A stretch of 64,000 nucleotides of DNA. It comes from Williopsis jadinii. Its lineage: Eukaryota. The translations under genes and the position numbers were made by a program. A model generated the notes under the pieces. The model ran no database searches and was not told the origin of the DNA. It was given only the letters and a program-made list of their open reading frames with translations. The stretch lies in the NCBI GenBank assembly GCA_024346625.1, contig AP024665.1:1922001-1986000 (forward strand), read 5' to 3'. Below are positions 21,617 to 32,800 of this stretch, in pieces. Position 1 is the stretch's first letter, and every line of letters begins with the position of its first letter.

Positions 21617-22246
21617 ATGAATATCGTATTCCCTGAGAACCTTCCGGAACAGCAGAGAATCAGACATGTTCCGCCTGCTCTCATCTATATCACCAAGCTT
21701 CTGTATAGGTCTGCAACAGGACTATCCCTAGTTTACATTGTCCTGCTCCTCGTGGTGCAACCATTACTTGAGATTCAGTACGATAGACGTATGGAGCTGC
21801 TATCGTCTACACTGGACAGAGCACAGAAGGTGCTGAAGCTGCTGAACAAGGTACAGCCTTTGCCACCAGTGGCTGTCAAACGTGGTGACAAGTACTACTC
21901 AGACGCCAATGTTCAGACACTGGAGGATGAGAAAATACGTCATCGTAATTCGACGTATGTAACCTTTGAAGATGAGGCAGAGAAGCATGGTACTGGAGAC
22001 AAGGTGCAAGACAATCTTATCAGGTTACGTGACTGCATTGAGCATTATAACAAGTACTGTGTAGACTTGAGTGTGATTTCACCAACGAATTTCCAGGTGA
22101 AGAGGTTTCAAAACAGAGTGGAGGCTTATAAGACGCACCAGCTGTTTAAGCCAGATGCAAAGTCCCTATCATCCAAGTCTGCAACGTCAGATATAAGACA
22201 GCAAATAAGGACTATTAAAGGCTGGTACTTGACTGGTCAAGTTTGA
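21617..22246 (+). CDS. PEX17: Peroxin Pex17, 209 aa
   Basis: N-terminal TM segment, coiled coils, C-terminal IRTIKGWYLTGQV; next to RRG9/VID27. Confidence 0.78.
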   Translation: MNIVFPENLPEQQRIRHVPPALIYITKLLYRSATGLSLVYIVLLLVVQPLLEIQYDRRMELLSSTLDRAQKVLKLLNKVQPLPPVAVKRGDKYYSDANVQTLEDEKIRHRNSTYVTFEDEAEKHGTGDKVQDNLIRLRDCIEHYNKYCVDLSVISPTNFQVKRFQNRVEAYKTHQLFKPDAKSLSSKSATSDIRQQIRTIKGWYLTGQV

Positions 22247-22329
22247 TAGCTATTGACATGATCTATTATGAGCTGCTGATGCGGGAAGGTATATACTATG
22301 TACAATTTGGAAGTCTGTTCCATCTTTAA

Positions 22330-23112
22330 TTAAAATTTCTTTCTCTCATCAACGTCAAACTTGAACAGTCTCTTTAGAGACCCAGGTTGTTTCCCCTTTT
22401 TAATCTTTTCATTTTTCCTCAAGTAATCTGGTGTAGCTCTTTCCACACCATAACCAGTTTTGATGATGGTTTTCATCTGACTAGTTCTCTTTGCACCTCT
22501 AATCTCGCTTAACCGAGCTCTTCTACTTAGCCATCTATCCTGAATTCTCTGCTCTTCTTGCTCATTAGGCTTCCATTTCGACTTTAGGATTTTCGAGACG
22601 GCTTCTGGCGATATATGGTATTCCTTTGCTAAATCTGATGCAGTTAAATGTGGTAGTGATTTCTTCAGCAACCTTATGCTATCCATCTGATCTCTAGAAA
22701 CTTTCTTGCCGGGATTCCAGTACTCACCGTTTTGTTTCTCCCAAAGAGCATATCTATGTCTTTTCCACTCCGGTAGTTCCATCTTTCTCCAACCTTTGGG
22801 AGGCTTTCTCACCTCTTCAACTTTTGGTGGATGAGTCTGCTTGAGTTGTTTATGCTCTTTCGGGGGTTCCTTGGTAGCTGTGCCAACAGGATTACTCAGC
22901 AGTTTTGCAGCATCCCGAAGAACTTGTGGATCGATATCCATAGCCTTAGCCTTTGACTCAAGCTGTGAAATGAGCTCATCGCTGTTGTTACCATCTTTCT
23001 TCTTCTTACCCTCATTTACCAGAGCCGTGGAATGGAAGCCTATGGCGCTAGTTAAAAAGGGAGGCCTTACTTTAAGCGGCTCACTCAAACTCCTTATAGA
23101 TAACCGAAGCAT
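22330..23112 (-). CDS. RRG9: Mitochondrial neugrin-family protein Rrg9, 260 aa
   Basis: WNPGKKVSRDQMDSIRLLK…ISPEAVSKILKSKW; basic presequence; synteny. Confidence 0.85.
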   Translation of the reverse strand: MLRLSIRSLSEPLKVRPPFLTSAIGFHSTALVNEGKKKKDGNNSDELISQLESKAKAMDIDPQVLRDAAKLLSNPVGTATKEPPKEHKQLKQTHPPKVEEVRKPPKGWRKMELPEWKRHRYALWEKQNGEYWNPGKKVSRDQMDSIRLLKKSLPHLTASDLAKEYHISPEAVSKILKSKWKPNEQEEQRIQDRWLSRRARLSEIRGAKRTSQMKTIIKTGYGVERATPDYLRKNEKIKKGKQPGSLKRLFKFDVDERKKF

Positions 23113-23537
23113 CTAAAACGGACAATACGGAGAGGCGCTTCTGTTCTATCCCACTATTAAACCGGGCCTCTCACCTTTGTATGGTAAAACTGCGTATAAA
23201 ATTTCAAAGCTGAGACACAATTTAAATCCGACCCACACCACGTGATTAGATGAGCCCCGGACTTCTGCTTTTGTCATTTGTTTTGATTTTTGCCGCCAGA
23301 AGGAGAAAGAAAAAAATACAAAACAAAACAAAGGGATATCATGAGCTCTTCGCAAGCCTTCCGATTTGTTAACTTTCCAGCTTGAACTCCACTGAAGTGA
23401 GCGTGTTTTCCTTGAGTGGGACCTACGATTCTGGACTCATTGTGATCTTGGAGAGTCCTTAAGTGGGAAAAGAATAGCACAGGGCCCTGCATTTCGCAGC
23501 ATCGGATCAAACCAAGGAAAGTAAACAACGTAAACAA

Positions 23538-25937
23538 ATGAACTTCTTGAAGAAGTTTCTCGGCTCCTCTCCAAAGGGAGAACTCGTAACTATTCCTTCT
23601 GGACAGTTGTTCTTGAAGAGGGCACCAGGCTCACCAAAGTCTGCCAGTGAGTGTCTGTACACAGATTCAGCGGCTTCGATTCGTGAAACATCAGCGCCAC
23701 ATAACTTTTTGTTGGTTATTCAAAGAGTGTTTGCCGAAGGTGAGGACCAATTGCGTGAGGATGATGAAGACGGCGACGATGAAGACTTTGAGGAGAGTAA
23801 AGATGAAAGAGTGTTCCTTATCGATGCCGAGTTGAAAGTGTACAGGATCAATAGAAGCGGCTCATGGGTTGTGTCGTGGAACAATCTCGACGGTGATGAA
23901 GGTGAACATTTTGAATTTGTTGTTGACGACTCTGTGAGCGGCTCGGATGTGGATCATTTCATGAACACGTTGTATGCGTGCTGCTTTGAACGTAAATATC
24001 AACGCTCTTCCGCGGGCGTTACTGCGGCGCAATTGCAAGAATTTGAGTACGATCCAGAAGTGGAACCATATGATGAAGCCGATGCTTTGATACATGGCGT
24101 CAACAGCTTGGCCCTGTCCAGTAACGACAAAAATACGCTCATTTCACAAGAACAGCAACAACTGGAAGAAAAGGACGAAGAAAACGAAGAAGGTGATAGC
24201 GTTTATGAAGACGCAGAAGAGAGCGGTGTGGATGAAGTGCACTTGAAGAACTGTCCAACGCCAAAGGGCTCGCCTATTTCCAGTACATCGGCTCACTTAC
24301 ACGTTTACAACCCAGAAGAGGGAAGCTTCAAACTGTACAAAACTGTCCAGGCAACCATATTGGACCTCGGTGAATGGGAATATTACCTCTCCATTAAAAA
24401 CGAGGAAGAACAACTGGAATTCGGGTCTATAATCTCTGATGAAATGAGCGCAAGGTTTGAATCCAGTGTCATATCTTTTATCTTTAATTACTGGGCTGAT
24501 GGTGATGGGTCAACGTTACTGTTAAGGTTTGATAACGAAGATGAGTTGAATGATTTCAAACAAGGTTTTATGAAGGCGTACCATGAGCACAATAACCAAT
24601 CTAGATGGGAGAAACAAGACAATGAAGAACAAAACTATGTTATGTCTGCCTTTGAGGTACCAGAGAGGGATGATCAACTATTGGAAGCCTTTGACGGAGA
24701 ATATGATGAAAAGTCAGATGAGGAAGAGGAGGAAGAAGATGACGATGACTATGAGGACAATAAACACCTAACGCATGTGAATTTGAGTACTGGATTGCGC
24801 AAAGAGACATTCTCGGATTCTGAGGACGAAGACGCTGCTGAGGCATCTGCTCGGAAGAGTGCTCTCAGAGGCGAGAATAAGAATTTGACCGTTGCCTTCA
24901 AGAATGATCGTTCGTATGTTACGAACGGAAATAGGGTTGGTGTTTTCAGTACGACTGATGACGACGAATTGAAATATGCTACAACCATTGAGAACTTGAA
25001 CGTTGGTGGTAAATCGTTTAACCCATCCAAGATGATGCTCCATACAGAAGATCGGTCCCTTGTTATGCAAGGGGATAAGAAAGATACCCTATACCGTATG
25101 GATCTTGAAAAGGGTAAGATTGTTGATGAATGGCGTATCCGTGAGGACTTGCCAGTTGTTGAGTTTGGTCCGAATGCCAAGTTTAACCAAATGACATCTG
25201 AACAAACCTTTATGGGTATATCTGATAAGGGGCTGTTTAAGATCGATCCAAGATTAAGCGGCGATAAAATTGTCGAGGACCAATACAAATCCTATTCAAC
25301 AAAGAATGGATTCACTTCATTTGGTACCACCGAATCAGGTTACATCGCTGTTGGTTCAAGCAAGGGTGATATCAGGTTATACGATCGATTGGGAATTAGG
25401 GCCAAATCTCTTATCCCTGCTATTGGTGATGACATCAAGTATTTGGAGGTTAGTGCTGATGGTAGATGGCTATTGGCTACATGTGAAACCTACTTGTTGC
25501 TCATAGATTTGACTATAAAGGATGACCAGCTCGGTAAGCTTGGGTTCCAAAAATCGTTTGGAAAGGACAAGTTACCAAAGACCCGTATGCTTCGTATATC
25601 TGCAGAGAATGCTAAGTATATGCAGATTATGACGAAAAAACCATTGAAATTCACAAAGGCCCATTTCAACGTCGGGTTAGATTCCAAAGAGCAAACAATA
25701 GTTACATCTACGGGTCCATATGCCATCACGTGGTCGTTGAAGAAGATTCTTCGCGGTGATGCGGATCCTTATCTCATCAAGATGTACTCCAATGACGTTG
25801 TTGCAGATAACTTCAAATTCGGTAGTGATAAGAACGTCATCATTGCATTGAAAGACGACGTTGGCATGGTTAGCAAAAAGGCATTCCGTAAAGCTGACAG
25901 AAAGTCGTTGGCGTTCAAACCAAAGGGTGGGTTCTAA
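23538..25937 (+). CDS. VID27: Vid27 (PH-like domains and C-terminal beta-propeller), 799 aa
   Basis: GQLFLKRAPGSPKSASECLY, LYRMDLEKGKIVDEW, GDIRLYDRLGIRAKSLIPAIG motifs. Confidence 0.93.
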   Translation: MNFLKKFLGSSPKGELVTIPSGQLFLKRAPGSPKSASECLYTDSAASIRETSAPHNFLLVIQRVFAEGEDQLREDDEDGDDEDFEESKDERVFLIDAELKVYRINRSGSWVVSWNNLDGDEGEHFEFVVDDSVSGSDVDHFMNTLYACCFERKYQRSSAGVTAAQLQEFEYDPEVEPYDEADALIHGVNSLALSSNDKNTLISQEQQQLEEKDEENEEGDSVYEDAEESGVDEVHLKNCPTPKGSPISSTSAHLHVYNPEEGSFKLYKTVQATILDLGEWEYYLSIKNEEEQLEFGSIISDEMSARFESSVISFIFNYWADGDGSTLLLRFDNEDELNDFKQGFMKAYHEHNNQSRWEKQDNEEQNYVMSAFEVPERDDQLLEAFDGEYDEKSDEEEEEEDDDDYEDNKHLTHVNLSTGLRKETFSDSEDEDAAEASARKSALRGENKNLTVAFKNDRSYVTNGNRVGVFSTTDDDELKYATTIENLNVGGKSFNPSKMMLHTEDRSLVMQGDKKDTLYRMDLEKGKIVDEWRIREDLPVVEFGPNAKFNQMTSEQTFMGISDKGLFKIDPRLSGDKIVEDQYKSYSTKNGFTSFGTTESGYIAVGSSKGDIRLYDRLGIRAKSLIPAIGDDIKYLEVSADGRWLLATCETYLLLIDLTIKDDQLGKLGFQKSFGKDKLPKTRMLRISAENAKYMQIMTKKPLKFTKAHFNVGLDSKEQTIVTSTGPYAITWSLKKILRGDADPYLIKMYSNDVVADNFKFGSDKNVIIALKDDVGMVSKKAFRKADRKSLAFKPKGGF

Positions 25938-26024
25938 GAACGAGTCGTGTTGCTCTTTCTCTATGTGTGTGTAAATTGTTTATATAGTAATCTTAATAAT
26001 GAATAAAATCACTTTTGTTGAACC

Positions 26025-26373
26025 TTAGACGTTGTGCCTTTTTGAAAGCCCCACAGATGAGCGCATCTCATCCACGAACAACGCTCTCCATGCTCTAAAC
26101 TTCTGCAGAGGCGAAGGCTTGAAAAGCGAATTGTCTTGATATATCCGTGAGGATGTTTCCCTTTCAAACTGCGCCGGGTCTAGTCCATTAACCTTGTAGT
26201 AAACTTTCCTGACAAATCTGTGGAATGTCTGAGATCTCATGAGCTAAGCCATCGGTTAGTACGTACTTTCCTGTTACAAAGACCATGGATCAAGTGGAAA
26301 AAGAACAGCGATAACGGGGTATCATACTCACCATTCCATAGAGGATTTGTTCTAAGCTTCTTGGAGCTGGCAT
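26025..26373 (-). CDS. MRX7: MIOREX component Mrx7; exons 26373-26332 and 26243-26025, 86 aa
   Basis: Spliced MPAPRSLEQILYGM|LMRSQTFHRFVRKVYYKVNG…FVDEMRS; 88-nt intron GTGAGT…TACTAAC…TAG; adjacent to VID27. Confidence 0.88.
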
Positions 26374-27204
26374 TTTGTCCTTTATTCAGGGTTCCTTGTT
26401 TACTTTTCGAACGGGGGAGAGAAACAAAAAGAAACACACCAGTAACCGTGATGTGATGAGCAGTTAACCGGTTGCAGCGATCCACTGTTCTGTGCGATTA
26501 ACCCGCTAGCTCTACCGATGATTTACAACGACTAAACCCAGCTCCAAAAATCAGATTTGCTGCGGTGTAAATGGGAAATGGAGACTTTGATGACCGTGGC
26601 TGAAACCCCCCTACAAAAAGGAAAATGGCTTGAAAAGAGACAAAGCAAAAAAAAAAAGCACACAGAGAGAGGAAACGAGAAAGCTTAAAATAAGTCACAC
26701 AATTGACCCACTGCACAAGTTATTTGCTACATTTACATCGAGCAGGAACAATTGATCGATGATGATCTCTGTCTTGGATCAAAGGTGCCCAAAACAGTGA
26801 TCGATACCACTCCGTGTCCCAAAGAATCCATCAAATCTGATGGAATAATATGTCTTTTAAACTTTTTCTGTCTTCCCCGGCCCTTTGTCCTGTTGTTGTG
26901 TGGTTTTAGCCTTCTGCCTATTTGTGGCGCGTGTTAGTCCCTTTTCTGGAATGAGTCCTCGGTTCAACGGTAAAAACCCAGATGAGTCGCCTTGAAAAGG
27001 TTGAAAAAAGAGGTTAAATTGTGGGGCAGTTGAGCTTCATGTGATTGAATGCAGAGCTGAACTGAAAATAAGTAGGCAAAAACCGATCTGGGACAACGGA
27101 CAGACAAAACATATAAAAAGGGACAAAGGACAAACTGTTTCTTTTCCTCCTTTACTCATGTGAACTGGCATTGTCGTGTACATATAGTAAGCGTATAAAC
27201 CGTA

Positions 27205-28074
27205 ATGGCTGATACTCAGGACTCCTTCATTGTGGAAAACATCAAATCTGTGGTTGCCGGTGGTGTTGGTGGTGTTGCTGCTGTGCTCACCGGCCATCCA
27301 TTCGACCTTGTCAAAGTTCGTCTTCAATCTGGCCAACAGCCTTCAATGGGCGCTGCTGTTCGTGATATCCTCAAGACCTCAGGTCCAAAGGGGTTCTACC
27401 GTGGTGTTGTGCCACCGTTGTTGGGTGTCACGCCAATGTTCGCTGTTTCCTTCTGGGGTTATGACGTTGGTAAGCAGCTCGTCACCGACAAGAAGAACCC
27501 AAACGCACCGCTATCTATACAACAAATCTCAACAGCTGGTTTCCTGTCTGCTATTCCAACCACATTGGTGGCTGCTCCAATGGAGAGAGTCAAGATTGTT
27601 CTACAGACACAGGACAGCTCCAAGTCCAAATCTACACTGGGAGCCATCAAATCGATCTTAGCATCTGGTGGTGTATCCTCCTTGTTTAGAGGCTCCGTGG
27701 CAACTCTGGCACGTGATGGTCCAGGTTCTGCGCTTTACTTTGCCGTCTACGAGGTTGCAAAGAAGGAATTGACCGCTTTGACTGGTGCAAAGAACGGTGA
27801 ACTGTCTCTTCTCGCGGTGTCCACTGCCGGTGGTCTCAGTGGTATGGCCATGTGGCTCGTCGTCTTCCCTGTGGACACTGTCAAGACAAGAATGACAAAC
27901 TCCGTCACGGAAAAGGTCTCTGCCAAACACGCCATCACTGAGATCTACAGAAAGAGCGGAGTAAAGGGTTTCTTCCCAGGTGTCGGTCCTGCGCTCTTAA
28001 GATCATTCCCTGCTAACGCTGCCACCTTTGTCGGTGTTGAACTTACACACCAATTCTTCAAGAACTACACTTGA
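27205..28074 (+). CDS. CRC1: Mitochondrial carnitine/acylcarnitine carrier, 289 aa
   Basis: Three PxD/ExxKxR repeats; GHPFDLVKVR, GVTPMFAVSFWGY, RDGPGSALYF, RSFPANAATF. Confidence 0.93.
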   Translation: MADTQDSFIVENIKSVVAGGVGGVAAVLTGHPFDLVKVRLQSGQQPSMGAAVRDILKTSGPKGFYRGVVPPLLGVTPMFAVSFWGYDVGKQLVTDKKNPNAPLSIQQISTAGFLSAIPTTLVAAPMERVKIVLQTQDSSKSKSTLGAIKSILASGGVSSLFRGSVATLARDGPGSALYFAVYEVAKKELTALTGAKNGELSLLAVSTAGGLSGMAMWLVVFPVDTVKTRMTNSVTEKVSAKHAITEIYRKSGVKGFFPGVGPALLRSFPANAATFVGVELTHQFFKNYT

Positions 28075-28367
28075 GCCGAAATATAAAGATAAACCTATAA
28101 AAAAAAGATGAAAGTATGACTGTATTCTATAATAGCATCATTCTAACAAGGAATTGGCCATGGATGTGGTCATCGATACCGGTGTAGTGCTGTGTGTCCC
28201 GTACCGTAAATATGTGCGATTCCGACGTTTTCATTGGCCGGGGACGGTTTGTCCTGTCCAGTGCGAAAAATCGCACACGAAATGGCCGGCCAGCACCAAG
28301 GGGACAAACACCTCGAAGTGAATTGCGATTCAAAGTGGTTGAAAGGTAGTGATTCCAGGCTTCAACA

Positions 28368-28985
28368 ATGGCTCCATCACGTTCATTCTACGCCGAGGAA
28401 AAGGACATCGCCTTTTCACAAGTTCCTGTGGAAAAGGCCTCTGTGCCTGTGGAGGAAGACACGATTAAGAAGGAGTTTGTTTCTGGCTATGAAGTTGATA
28501 GATCATCCTTCTTGGAGGAACACACGAAAGTACTACGTGGGAAGTTGAACACGCAGTTGTCCATTGTGACCGCTGAGTACAACAACCTGAGATCTGCCGC
28601 AAAGAACGAATGGGATAACGCCATCAACAAGATCACCTCGGTTTATGACCCAGAGGACAAGTTCTTGCCGAACTTCAACTACGCCTTGACCATCATGCTC
28701 TCGGGTTCTATACTGGCTTCAAAGAGCTCACTCCCTGTAAGATTCATCACGCCAGTGGTATTTGGCACAGCTGCTTTCAAGTTCTTCCTGCCACGTACAT
28801 TTGCCAACACGTGTAACGCTGTCATGAACTACGAGGCCAATAACTATCCAGACGTTTTATCCTTCCAAAGATCAATTAAGGACTCTCTACAGCAGCTGGA
28901 GAAACAAGGTTGTGATCTCCAAAGAGATGCCAACGAACAACTGGTGAAGCTTGTGCATGATGTCAGAGTAAGCCTGACAAAATGA
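28368..28985 (+). CDS. MIC27: MICOS subunit Mic26/Mic27 (apolipoprotein O family), 205 aa
   Basis: FY-acidic N-terminus, GSIL…RFITPVVFG…FFLPRT core; near POL1 like YNL100W. Confidence 0.68.
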   Translation: MAPSRSFYAEEKDIAFSQVPVEKASVPVEEDTIKKEFVSGYEVDRSSFLEEHTKVLRGKLNTQLSIVTAEYNNLRSAAKNEWDNAINKITSVYDPEDKFLPNFNYALTIMLSGSILASKSSLPVRFITPVVFGTAAFKFFLPRTFANTCNAVMNYEANNYPDVLSFQRSIKDSLQQLEKQGCDLQRDANEQLVKLVHDVRVSLTK

Positions 28986-29106
28986 AGCCTTTTGGAGCTA
29001 CAAAGAAGGGAGATCCTAGAGCTAAGAACAAGAAAATATACAGACAGAATCAATCATACATTCCATATCTTATTTGAAAATTTTGACACTCTGCTTGTTG
29101 TGCCAT

Positions 29107-29568
29107 TCAATAATGTCGACCACCATCAACAGTTCCCTGTGAATAATTCATTTGCGACGGTTGTTGGTTGTAATGCCTGTATCCACCATTATTCTCCCAC
29201 TGATAGCCATTGTCGTAGACCACCTGCTTGGGATACATGTGTGGATTGTCATAAGCTGACTGTCTCAAAGGTTTCTCCTCTATACGGTCTCTTTCCCTCG
29301 CCTGGTTACAACACATTATGCAGCAGCAAAGTGCACCAAAGAGACCTTTAACACCACAACAGCAACAGCGTATGATGCCGCTCAATAGCCAGAATACCAT
29401 AATAACAGCAAGGATGATCCCGACTATCGCAACGATCTTACACGTCTTGTTGTCCATACATGTGTCCCAATTTTTAAACGAATCCAGTGTAGAAACCTCT
29501 GAGCTTTCAGCACGTCTCTGTAAGATTTTACTAGGGCAAAGATCTGAAGTTGACGTTGGAATAAGCAT
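29107..29568 (-). CDS. PIN2: Pin2-like single-pass membrane protein, 153 aa
   Basis: SFKNWDTCMDNKTCKIVAIVGII, Cys cluster after the TM helix, Q/N/Y-rich tail. First ATG 29568. Confidence 0.8.
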   Translation of the reverse strand: MLIPTSTSDLCPSKILQRRAESSEVSTLDSFKNWDTCMDNKTCKIVAIVGIILAVIMVFWLLSGIIRCCCCGVKGLFGALCCCIMCCNQARERDRIEEKPLRQSAYDNPHMYPKQVVYDNGYQWENNGGYRHYNQQPSQMNYSQGTVDGGRHY

Positions 29569-29897
29569 TGTAAGATAGTATTTTGTCACTCAGTACACAC
29601 AAGGGAAGTGAAGAATCGACCATTGAAGGCCAAACGTCCATCAGCCAATTCCTTTCGTTTTTATAAGCCCTAAGAGTGGAAAGATGAAAGAGTTTCAACG
29701 GGCTGTGTACATCCACTGCAAGGGACCGCACGAGTTTATCCAGCCGCGTTCAAAAATAGAACTGTGCAACCACACAGTGAAACATTGGTGATACTTGCAA
29801 CACCGAACGTTGTTGATGAGCTTTACACAGCCAATGACAATGAATTAGTTGTTTGGTATAGAAACGTAAATACTTAAAAATACACACATGTGCTTCC

Positions 29898-32800
29898 TCA
29901 GTTCATAAAATCGAAGATACTGCCAATGTCAACGTAACGACGACCACAGTCGTTTAGATACTTTTGAGAGATACCTCTCCAAACGGTGAACAAGTCACGG
30001 TTTTGTTCGCATAGCGCGTCAATCTGACCTTTGCTCAAGGCATCGGGTTGGGATTTGTCTGCAGTGTCGTATAGAGGTCTCAGCAGTTGAGATTTGTTCT
30101 TCTCGACGTCAAACAAGGAATCAAAGAATAACAGCTGGTTGTACAGAGCCTTATCACTATAACGATAACGCATAACACCTTTACAGCCACTGTTCAAGCA
30201 TCTCTTACCATAGACTGAGATCTGCTTTGTTGTCAATCCGCAAGTGGAATCATCGCATATAACAACGCCTTCGTAGTAATGGGAAATAAATGCTCTGATT
30301 CTGTGTTCCAGTTGACTTGAGATTTGTAGTGGTGTGAATTGATGAGAACAACGAGAGCATTGAATACCGTTAAAGGTTATGGAATAATCCTTAGATGAGA
30401 CAATACCTCCAAATGGGAAGGCGACGCCACAAGAACACTGGATGAATAGATGATCGCATTGCTTAAACCTCTCTGCATCAGAGATCGTCGACTCCAGGGG
30501 TTGGAATACATCAGCAGTGTGGCCCTGGGCTTGATAACTTCTATGTCTTTCAATGCCTAATGATTTAGCAAGTCTTGTAAGATCAACTCCTTCAATTCTC
30601 TCAACGAGTCTCTCAACAGGTGCTAAGATCTGCTTCTCCAAGTAGTACTGTGGATCTGGCTTCAAAGTAGAGTCTTTGCGTAACAACTCTGTCAATGCTC
30701 TAGCTCTTTCTGCAACCGAGCCTTCCTTGCCACTAGTAATGACAAAGGTTATAACACTACCAGCTTTGATGATTTTACCTTGATCCTTCAGTCTCATAGC
30801 AACTTGGACAGCAGGCATGTTCTTACCACCAGGATAAGCACTTGGATCCTTAGACAACTTGGTGTTGATTTTGAACTTCTCAGCTCTAATCTTATTCTCC
30901 TTCACCTGAGATGCGATGTCTTCCAAATAGGCATAGACCTCGTTCAGAGAAGTTTCAGAGTCTTCTTCATTAAGGATCTTATCCAAGACATACGTGGAAA
31001 CTTCCTTCGAAAGAGGACAGTACTCACGACGTTTCATATCAAGACCTTTAACTTCCAGCGCATGAGTCTCAACACCTGCTTTATCAAATGTGACATTCAA
31101 AGCTGCATACTTCTTCTTGGCGTGCAACAACAACCTTCTGAACGCGTTATCGATATCAATTTCAAGCAATCTATACCTCTCATTGACCTTCAATTTGAAG
31201 TCTTCTCCAATCTTTATGGCTTCTTGGAAAGTGTTACAACCAGTATCGATCATAACGGAGTCTGTGTCACCGTAAACCACACGAAGTCCAATGCTTTCAG
31301 CAAGTTGTCTAGTATCCATCAAAATCTCACGACCTTTGTTGGTAACAAGCATTGCCAAAGGTTTGGCATAGAAACGAGAGTTAACATAACCCAAACAACC
31401 ATACATAGAGTTGGCCGTGAGCTTCAGGGCCTGCTGCTTAATGTCATACTGAGCTCTCTCTACTGGTGTAGCACTTGGATCCTTTAACAACTTCTTCACT
31501 TCACGACGACGAGAAACCAATGTATTCAACAACCGAGGCAAGACACCTTGCTTGATGTTCTGAGAAGGAACCTCTGGTAACGCATCTGTGTTTTGCAAAT
31601 CACGATCCACTGTGGTGAAACAGATATTGAATTCTTGAATAATAGATGGATACAAGGAGTTGAAATCCATAACAAGAATGTAGTTCTTGTGCAAACCTTT
31701 CTCCGGCTCAAACACCAAACCTCCTTGATATTTGGCCTTCTTATTAGCTGATTGAAGTTGATTCTCTTCACCATCTTCATTCTCAGCCCTTTGTTGTTGT
31801 AACATTTGTTGGTATTGAAGTTTGGCCTGTTTGGTTTCTTTATCTGGAACGATGTAACCATTTCTGGTGAATTCGTGCAACAAAATGTACTCATTACGAC
31901 CAGCTCTAGTACCACCTAATGTGTGACTCCAAGCATTACCAGCTAGATTTGTCAATTGTTTAGATAAAGACAAAATTTGAACCCTGAAAGCAACCTCTGC
32001 GGTGATCAAAGCATTAGTACAATTCTCTTTCAAAGCCATGAACAAAGAGTTTGCATTTTCTTGATACTGTGGACTGGACAAGTTGATCTCCAACGGTATA
32101 TGCTTCTTTTTGCAGACAACGTCATACATCTCAGAAAGATCCCAAGATTGACACTTCATAGTTAAGGATTGTCCCATCTCATTAGCGATATCACAGATTA
32201 GACGCCCTGCAAGGATCTCACGAATTACAAATGTTGAATTGAAGTTGTTCTTTCCAAATCTTTCTGGCCATGTTTTCTTCACACGACGACCAAATGCACT
32301 GAATGTAGAGACATTCAAGTCGTGCATACGATGCATTAAAATATCCAGAGAGATGTTCTCCATTCTGTGCCCAATAAACACATCTGGATCTGCCAATTTC
32401 ACAAGCGCAGTAAGGCAGTTAAGCATTGTCTTCTCGTTGTTAAAGGATCTCAGTGCGAACTTATTCTTATCTGCAATCGTCTTCAATCCTGGAGGAAACG
32501 AGATACCAATAGGTCTGGTCAAAGTAATCAATTCCGTTGGGGAGAGATTCTCGTCAATCGGTGCATCCTGTGGTAGATTCTTAAAAGTAGCCAAAGTAAC
32601 AGATACAACTTCTTGTTTGTTTTCCTTTTGGTTCATCATAGTCTGTACTGCAATTGAGCAAACGGTCAAAGGAGGTGGTGAAATGTCGAAATTTGGTGTA
32701 GACTTTTCCACTGGAGTGATGGAATAAGGGCTATCAACAGAAACTTCAAGTTTACAGTGTGAAGTATTCTTCAACGAGTCAAAATTGGCACCCTTGATAT

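Noticed and set aside
26757..26845. Box C (ATGATGA) and box D (CTGA) pair suggesting a snoRNA
   Set aside because: No terminal stem and no rRNA guide that I could recognise; would need snoscan/Infernal.
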